NCBI RefSeq assembly: GCF_004010195.1
Contig: NC_057754.1
Location: 5,162,220-5,193,172, forward strand
Direction of reading: 5' to 3'
Length of the DNA: 30,953 nt
Source: Chiloscyllium plagiosum
Lineage: Eukaryota
Position 1 is the first letter of the stretch. The number at the start of each line of letters is the position of its first letter. The translations under genes were made by a program, and so were the position numbers. Positions 23,870 to 30,953 of this stretch are shown here, piece after piece. The notes beneath the pieces were generated by a model. It worked only from the letters and a program-made list of their open reading frames with translations. It ran no database searches and was not told where the DNA came from.

Positions 23870-24075
23870 TTGTTGTTGTGTTGCCATAGTCTTACCAGAC
23901 CATAGGCGCTTCTCTCATTAGAGAGAAGCAACTGGTGGTGATTTAACCTGAGGACCACCAGACCTTAGGCAAGGTAAAAGGTTGAGAAGGAGAGTCCTGC
24001 ATTGTAACCCAAACCCATGCTGTTGGCATCACACTGCTCTGCAAATCAACAGTCCAGCCAACTGAGCTAAACTGA
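23870..24075 (-). mobile_element. Old tRNA-derived SINE; related fragments at ~10150-10275 and ~11320-11450
   Basis: Minus head TTAGCTCAGTTGGCTGGA. The internal motif CTGGTGGTGA(T/C)TTAACC.GAGG..CACCA recurs at the other two sites. Confidence 0.55.
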
Positions 24076-24519
24076 TTCCCACAAGGCGGGTTAGCAGCTT
24101 GGTGTTAGTACATGTGCCTACACTTCCCATACACCAAGGGCAAATAGTGTGTCATTGTGTGTAACATTATCAGTGATGTGCAAGGCTGTGTTTATAGGCA
24201 ATGTTACCATTAGCTGGAGAAAGGAATGCACATGAGCAGAAATGCAGTGCAACTTTGGCTTTCAAAAGGAGGAGAGATGTTGCTACATTTGGATCTCTTT
24301 GACAGCAGTTAGTCTCACCAGGGAATTATAACTAAGCCAGTCACACAAAGCATATTTACAAGTTATGCCAGCAGCAGACCACACAAACCAGCCGTGTAAA
24401 TAAGCAATGATTGAAATGATTGCTTGGTAATGAATTGTCAGTCATCTAATATGATTAGTAAAAGAACTCAAGGTGTCACAAGCAAATAGAACAGAAATCG
24501 TTTTCCTCTCATTTGTGAG

Positions 24520-27300
24520 ACTGGTACATGAGATTAATGACGTAACCATGCAAAAAAGCCTATTAGCTGAAGCCTAACGGAACTTCAAGCAGGCACAAAA
24601 ACTGGCTTCATCATCGGAAAACGTGACAAATGGAGCAAATAAGTTGCAGAGTATTCCAATGGCAGTGGACACCCCCGCCAGTCTGACTGAACTTGGAGAA
24701 CACCACTGGGTGAAGGCACAGCCTCACTTAGGACATATCCCGAACAGAGGGGCTGCAGGTCAGCCCACAGCAAAACTCCAAAACAAAGCCAAACAGTTAA
24801 AATTTTCTTCAGGGTCCAGGCCAGCAAGCCATTGTAGTTACTGCTCAGACTCAAGACAAAAAAAAAAGAGTCCCATCAAACTTAAACTGAGCAAGTGAAC
24901 TCAGGCAGTTTTCCAGGACAGTGCATGCCCTGGAAAGTCCACCAACATCTGGTTTGGAACAACTAAATTGCTTAGCAACATGCTTGCATGTTGACCCAGG
25001 CAGCAATTCAATGATTCTGCAAGACCCGCCCAGTGCCAAATGCCTTACGTGGTGGAAACAAAGGCAGAAATCAGAAGGCTGGAAAGCGAAGGAATAATAA
25101 AGCCAGCGCAGTTTGCCGAATGGACAAGCACTGGTCGTTATCAATTGTGAAGCCCAACCGGTCAGTTTGCCATTGTAGGGATTTTAAATTAACAGTAAAC
25201 TGCTTTTCACAGCTGGATAATTACCCAATCCCTCACATATATTAATCAGATTTATATGCAAATCTGGCAAGGAGACTGTCCTTCATGAAGCTGGACATGA
25301 ACCATGCGTACTTGCAGTTGCGGTGAGATGAGCATTCCCAGAAGTATGCCATGATCAATACCCATAAGGGTCTGTACCAACATAAGACTGCCATTTGGGG
25401 TTTTGTCAACCTGTGCAATTTTCCAGCAGACGATGGAGAACATTTTACAGGGTCGACCCCAGGTCATCATTTATTCAGATGACCTGTTATTAACAAGGAA
25501 GACAAATAAGGAGCACTTCGAGAACTTGGACATAGTCCTTAGATGTTTCTATCAGGCGGGTATATTCTTAGAAGGGAAAAACATGACCTACACGGACTAC
25601 AGAGTTGACATGAGCAGGTTACACCCTATGGAAGACAAAGGCAGATGTACAGCACGGAAACAGACCCCTCGGTCCAACTCGTCCATGCTGACCAGGTATC
25701 CTAAATTAATCCAGTCCCATTTGCCACCACTTGGCCCATATCCCTCTAAACCCCTCCTATTCATAAACACATCCAGATACCTTTTAAATGTTGTAATTGT
25801 ACCAGCTTCCAACACTTCCTCTGGCAGCTCATTGCAAACACAGACCACCCTGTGTGAAAAAAATTGCCCCTTAGATCCCTTTGAAAATTTTTCCCCTCTG
25901 ACCCTAAACCTGTGCCCTCTAGCTCTGGACTCCCCCACCCCAGAGAAAAGACCTTGTCTATTTACCCTATCCATGCCCCTCATGATTTTACAAATCTCTA
26001 TAAGGTCACTCCTCAGCCTCTGATGCTCCAGAGAAAAACAACCCCAGCCTATTCAGCCTCTCCCTGTGACTCAAACCCTCCAACCCTGGCAACGTCCTTG
26101 TAAATCTTTCCTGCACTGTTTTAAGTTTCACAACATTTTTCCTATAGGAGACCAGAATAGCACACAATATTCCAAAAGTGGTCTAACTAATGCCCTGTAC
26201 AGCCGCAACATGACCTCTTAACTCCTATAGTCAATGCTCTGACCAATATAGGATTGCGTACCAAACACCTTCTTCACTATCCTATCTACTAGAGACTCCA
26301 ATTTCAAGGAACTGAACCTGCATTCCAAGGTCTTCTTGTTCAGCAACACTCCCCAGGACATTACCATTAAGTGTATAAGTCCTGCCCTGATTTGCCTATC
26401 CAAAATGCAGTATCTCAAGTGTCTAAATTAAACTCCATCCACCACTCCTCGGCACATTGGCCCATTTGATCAAGATCCCATAGTAATCTGAGGTAACCTT
26501 CTTTGCTGTCCAGTACACCTCCAATTTTGGTGTCACTTGCAAAGTTACTAACTATACCTCCTAAGTTCACATCTAAATCATTTATATAAATGACGAAAAG
26601 CAGTGGAGATGCGAGGGCAGTCAAAGGTGCCCTGGCTCCCACGTCTGTGCTGGAGTTTAGGTCTTTCCTTGGGTTGGTGAATTATTCCGGAAAGTTCATA
26701 TATAACCTGGCCTCCATCCTGATAGCTTTGCACCAACTCTTTAAGAGGGGTCAGCATTGGCTGCACAGTCAAACCGTAGGTTTCAGGGAAGTGAAGAAAC
26801 AGCTATCATCCTCCAAGTTGTAGACACACTATGATCCCAAGTGAGATCTGGCATTGGCATGCAATGCCACAACCCCGCCCGCCCTCCCCCCAACCCCGGT
26901 ATGGCATCGGGATAATTTCAGCTTTTAGGTCGTCCGTCCCAACAGCGTATTCATCCAGGACCTCGACTTATGCTGTACACAAATATGGCCAGATGGAGAA
27001 GGGAGGTTTGGCATCATATTTGGAGTCAGGAAGTTCCAACAATACTATTACGGATGTAAATTTGTAATCATAATGGGACCACAAACCCCTGCTAGGTCTA
27101 CTTAAAGAGGACAATGGAGTGCTGCCCACAGTTTCAGGTCGAATTCAGCACTGGGCTCTCATTCTGAGTATATTTACAAGTTGAAACACCGTCCAGGAAG
27201 TTTAATGAGCTGCCAGATACACAACCAGTGGAACCTCGACTGGAAGAGTTTGTAACGTTTTCAAATCTTCTGGCCACACTTCCAGTCACAGCTGACAATG
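24520..27300 (+). mobile_element. Decayed Ty3/Gypsy LTR retrotransposon internal region (gag-RT-RNase H), split by a CR1 insertion
   Basis: Gag-like INDVTMQK.LLAE. RT motifs DFKLTVN..LDNYPIP, KLDM.HAYLQ, INTHKGLYQ, LPFG, IFQQTMENIL and YSDD. After the insert: FRSFLGLVNY, HYDP, YGQMEK and DHKPLLGL. Many frameshifts, and no LTR pair recognised. Confidence 0.9.
25643..26606 (-). mobile_element. 5'-truncated CR1 LINE inserted in the Gypsy RT region
   Basis: PLLFVIYINDLD..NFASDTKIGG through MRGMDRV..FFSHRVVCVCNELPEEV and the 3' tail. Gypsy reading HPMEDK resumes as RAVKGA after the insert. Confidence 0.92.
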
Positions 27301-27410
27301 ACATTTCTGAGAGAACATCTCCGAAGCACCGAGAGAGATCACGGGAGATTTGTTCTCGCCAGGGCAGGAGAGGAGAGGAGCATGACAATGCAAACTCTCA
27401 CCAGACTCAC

Positions 27411-27539
27411 CAGATCCTGAGCTGGTCTGCGAACTCTGAAAAACAACACCAGCAGGGCTGTGGGCAGCAGCTCCCAAAAAAACAGGATGCAACCAAACAC
27501 AAGGTAACCTTTGTCCCCGAGATTCGACATCAGATCAGC
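27411..27539 (-). CDS. GPR137: GPR137 coding exon (probably exon 5; 129 nt; last TM helix)
   Basis: Acceptor ctcctgcag|GCT, donor CTG|gtgagt, phase 0/0. Encodes [43 protein letters not shown], with family motif WELLPT..FFRV. Confidence 0.96.
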
Positions 27540-27603
27540 CTGCAGGAGATGGAGGCGAAACAAAAATTCTTTTCATTTCCAAGGAAAGTATCTGCCACCA
27601 CCA

Positions 27604-27847
27604 GGCGCGTGCACACAGGCACGCGCGCACACACAGACACGCGCACACAGGCATGCGCACACAGGCACGCGCGCACACACAGGCACGCGCACACACACAG
27701 GCACGCGCACACACACAGACACGCGCACACACACAGACACGCGCACACAGACACGCGCACACAGACACGCGCACACAGACACGCGCACACAGACACGCGC
27801 ACACAGACACGCGCCCACATAGGCAGGCAGGCACTCACAGGCACACA
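27604..27847. repeat. Compound purine-pyrimidine minisatellite, unit ~CACGCGCA(CA)nG(A/G), 14-18 bp
   Basis: Directly visible tandem array of more than a dozen units, ending in a run of near-identical 14-mers CACGCGCACACAGA. Confidence 0.95.
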
Positions 27848-28174
27848 GTAACAATTTGGTTTAGGTTTCATTATCACATCTACTCAAGGAGTAGAGGGAA
27901 AAATGCACACAATGTCACCATTTGTGGTGCCCTCTTATGTACAAAAATAGAAAATAAAGGAATATGTTTAAAAAGTTCATCACTACAATTTGGCAATGTA
28001 AACTCCCCACCCTCCACCTGCCCCCCACCCAATACCAGATCAGAGCAGAAGTGTGCTAATGTGCGTGCGCGCGCGCACACAATCTTATTCCATTCACCAG
28101 CAATGTCACACCTTTACAGTCATGCCAAATCGATGATCATTTTCCCCCCCATCTCCCAAAGGCAATAACCTGCC

Positions 28175-28255
28175 CACACAGGGTCACGAGGTCGCAGGTT
28201 CAAGTCTCCCTCGAGACTGGAGCGCATAGTCCGGGCTGACATTCCACTGCAGGAA
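28175..28255 (+). mobile_element. Head of an old tRNA-derived SINE (DeuSINE/SacSINE1-like)
   Basis: GGTTCAAGTCTC..GAGACTGGAGCGCATAGTCCGGGCTGACATTCCACTGCAG resembles the recalled SacSINE1 5' region. The match is short. Confidence 0.4.
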
Positions 28256-28458
28256 GTGGCGACCCCAACAGATCCTGCCCCAGCTCTAGCCCATGACAGA
28301 TATATGCGCCCTCCTGGATCAAACGTTTTCCTTTTCTCTGCCTCCCTAACCCAGGCAAGAGTTAGCCGGAAACAGCCAGGCCATCGGTGTGCAGTCAACA
28401 GCAAAACCACCCCCACCCCTGTCCGAAAGAATCGAGAGCATTCTGGTCTCATGCTCAC

Positions 28459-28605
28459 CTGGTCAGAAACGTTGTACCAGCCATAATCAAAAGAGTCGTG
28501 CGAATCTGGTGAACACATCACAGCGACTAGGTTATAACAGGCCCGGCTGGCATACAGAAGGAACACCAGTGCTCCCACAGCTGTGGTCTGACACACCGAC
28601 GTCCC
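28459..28605 (-). CDS. GPR137: GPR137 coding exon (probably exon 4; 147 nt)
   Basis: Acceptor cttttctttag|GGG, donor CAG|gtgagc, phase 0/0. Encodes GTSVCQTTAVGALVFLLYASRACYNLVAVMCSPDSHDSFDYGWYNVSDQ, with family motifs LLYxSRACYNL and FDYxWYNVSDQ. Confidence 0.96.
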
Positions 28606-28947
28606 CTAAAGAAAAGTCAGTCAAAAAGAAAACCACATCATTTCAAGGCAGAGGACACTTTAACAACAAGATCAGCTGCCGCTTACTGACACACGAGGCC
28701 CACTTATCCAGCTGACCACCCAGACAACACAACCGATGGGCTCGAACCCCTTCCAGCGCCGCATATTCCACACACAGAACGGTTCCACATCCTGGCTCCC
28801 CACCCCCTTTTTACCCAATCCCAATATGCTCAAAACACAAGGAATTTAAGTTACCTTTGGAATACAGACACCAGATGGGATTGGTGGGACTGCGATACCC
28901 TGCTGCAGTTCAATGAGACAGCCTACAGCCTGTTCTGAAGGTCAGTA

Positions 28948-29320
28948 CAGGTCGTTCTGCTATAAGGCACGTTTCGTCAATGCGAATTGGCTATATCGGG
29001 ATTGATGAATTATGGACGCTGTTTGAATAATGCAAACTTTCTACATGACCTGCTGGGCTTTTCCAGCACCACACTGCTCTGTCATTCTCAAGTTCCCATC
29101 ACTCACTCTGCAACATCAGTACCCTTTTACACCCCCAGCACTCCAAACCCCATCTACTGCATAAACGCTGCCCCCTCCACACTTCACATCAGCCCTGATG
29201 AAGAGTCATCTAGACTTGAAACATTTACTTTCTCTCTCCACGGATGCTGCCTGACCTTCTGCAATTTCCAACAAGCTTGTTTCAGATTTCCAGCAACCGC
29301 GGTATTCTGCCTTTACATTA
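28948..29320 (+). mobile_element. MITE left-end fragment (28948-29043) fused to a Penelope pseudo-LTR fragment with a hammerhead-like motif (29195-29225)
   Basis: TA|CAGGTCGTTCTGCTATAA is homologous to 11750. CTGATGA-A-GAGTC-ATCTA-GACTT-GAAA-CATT is followed by the usual TCTCTCCACGGATGCTGCCTGACC tail. Confidence 0.65.
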
Positions 29321-29746
29321 AACATTAACAGAGCACTTGTCTGAACAGGGATCATGCCCCATCTAATCTCCACACAGGGTTTAGGAACGGAGAGGGAAAG
29401 TGGAGCTGCAATCCAAGTCGTTTCCCCTCCCTCATGGGAGTCACAATGCTGACAAAGTAGTAAGCTTTACAATCCTTTCCTTTACCCGTGCTTTGCACGC
29501 TCCTCTTAACAAAAATAGCAATACAGTATTCTCAAATTTATGCATGGACAGTGAGGGTATTGTTTGGTTCAAGCACAGGCATTTTCCCCCCCCGACACAG
29601 AGAGCCTGTCTAAGCTAACAGACAAAGGACTGCAGCTGAGGAACGCTGTGAAGCCAGTGCCTAACCAAACCCCACTGAAATACACCGAAATAGCTTGAAC
29701 CACACCCTTGACAGCAAGGTGCACCTGCACGGTTTGTCAGGGTTAC

Positions 29747-29972
29747 CTTGGATTCCAGGTAGATGCTGGTGGAAGGCGACGTCTTGGCAATGATGTAGAG
29801 GCAGACTGCCAGTGTGATGGCACAGGCGACGAAGAGGGAGTCGTTGATGATGACCCGCACCAGGACGATGGTCTTGGTCTCCACGTGCTGAATCTTCACC
29901 AGCAAGGCACAGGTCAAATTCACCGTCAGGAACAGCAAGCTGGCAACTAGGAAAACCAATCGGATGGGAAGT
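29747..29972 (-). CDS. GPR137: GPR137 internal coding exon (probably exon 3; 226 nt)
   Basis: Acceptor gatttcag|A, donor AAG|gtaacc. Translation (1 nt +) LPIRLVFLVASLLFLTVNLTCALLVKIQHVETKTIVLVRVIINDSLFVACAITLAVCLYIIAKTSPSTSIYLESK has two TM segments. The PSTSIYLE motif matches GPR137 as recalled rather than GPR137B (SLANIYLE). Upstream exons lie beyond the window end. Confidence 0.95.
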
Positions 29973-30324
29973 CTGAAATCACAAACGTCGGCGTTTTGTT
30001 TCTTTTAGAAACGGAAGCCAGAAGGGGACAAAAACCCTACCAAACAGGTCACATGCAGAGAACTTTGCTCCTACCTAGCGTCGCACAACAGAGGTGACAA
30101 AACTAAATGGTGGCTGGAAATCCTAAAGAAGAACAGAAAATGATGGAATCATTCGGGAGGTTGGTAGGGCCTGTGCAAAGAAAACCAGAGTTAACTAAAA
30201 GGCCTGTGGTGATCTTCCATCAGATGAGATGATGTTAATTCTACTTCAGTGTCCCCACGTGCTGCCAGACCTGCTGACTGCTTCCAGCATTTCTGTCCAT
30301 GTTCCAGTACAGATTAAACTCCAG

Positions 30325-30498
30325 AGCTTAAAAATGTGTTGCTGGAAAAGCGCAGCAGGCCAGGCAGCATCAAAGGAACAGGAGAATCGACGTTTCGGGC
30401 TTAAGCCCTTCTTCAGGAATCATTCCTGGCCTGCTGCACTTTTCCAGCAACACATTTTTAAGCTCTGATCTCCAGCATCGGCAGTCCTCACTTTCTCC
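30325..30498. mobile_element. Young palindromic Penelope-derived insertion with a hammerhead core (minus 30385-30420)
   Basis: ~43-bp inverted arms CAGAGCTTAAAAATGTGTTGCTGGAAAAG(C/T)GCAGCAGGCCAGG with 1 mismatch. 15-bp direct repeat CAGATTAAACTCCAG at 30310-30324 and 30499-30513. Minus strand reads CUGAAGA-A-GGGC-UUAA-GCCC-GAAA-CGUC|GAUU. Confidence 0.85.
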
Positions 30499-30953
30499 CA
30501 GATTAAACTCCAGTAACCTTGCAATAGTAAACGCAGCCTTTTATGGTACTATTTTTCAACAGTTACTGGTAACCTGCACCAGAGAGGGTGTGGTATCTTC
30601 CACCATCTTTTTGGAGAGAGAGTTCCGAAGCCTCATGACCCTCTGCTTTAAATGGGTGACCCAAACATCTGTCTCGTGCAATTTTAAACACACTCAACAA
30701 TAAAGCTTCCATAATCCTGATCAGGTAGACAATTCCAAAGAGCTGCTGCCCTCTGCTCCTCCTATTCCCAGTCCTACACAATCAGGCACTTTATCCTGTG
30801 ACGGTGTCCCATGTTTTAGATTCCTCAGTCTAGTTTTGGAGGGGGGGAGGTGGGGGGGGGGGGGCGGCGAGCATGATTAAGATGTACAAAGCACTGAGAG
30901 ATATGAATAGCATAGACTGAAATAAATGTTTTACTTTGATGGAGCTTTCGATC

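Noticed and set aside
25403..26023. 206-aa ORF with YSDD as an active reverse transcriptase
   Set aside because: It is a chimera of decayed Gypsy RT and antisense CR1, and the flanking RT is frameshifted.
27228..28168. Several overlapping ORFs rich in H/T/R/A or C/V/A
   Set aside because: These are artefacts of the stop-free CA/CG minisatellite and the antisense of a GPR137 exon.
18876..29972. Assignment to GPR137B or GPR137C
   Set aside because: PSTSIYLE, KGYLVFG, NGQxFASRSYFFD and the EPxWY/PLLF/YSTPQT tail together fit GPR137 best as recalled. A phylogeny would be the formal test.
30836..30868. G-run as a functional G-quadruplex
   Set aside because: It is a homopolymer tract between CR1 fragments, error-prone in assembly and without supporting context.

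Overview
Vertebrate genomic DNA, almost certainly a cartilaginous fish (shark). This is inferred from the repeat content: HE1/V-SINE-type SINEs, many CR1/HER1-type LINE 3' ends and Penelope-like fragments. The only host protein-coding content I can support is the last five coding exons of GPR137 on the minus strand (29747-29972, 28459-28605, 27411-27539, 20601-20722, 18876-19047). All have GT-AG boundaries and continuous phase, and the protein ends ...FYSTPQT*. At about 1280-2380 lies a CpG-rich promoter with a regular ~51-bp CCAAT array and a probable non-coding first exon of an unidentified minus-strand gene. The rest is largely transposon debris: CR1 LINEs, SINEs, a decayed Gypsy element split by a LINE, and Tc1/mariner-type MITEs. 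The most notable signal is a set of short palindromic, Penelope-derived insertions carrying minimal hammerhead-ribozyme motifs. Two have intact catalytic cores (22395-22461 and 30385-30420), lie on the GPR137 sense strand inside introns, and sit in elements flanked by 12-15 bp target-site duplications. All assignments were made by eye, without database searches. Repeat boundaries are approximate.
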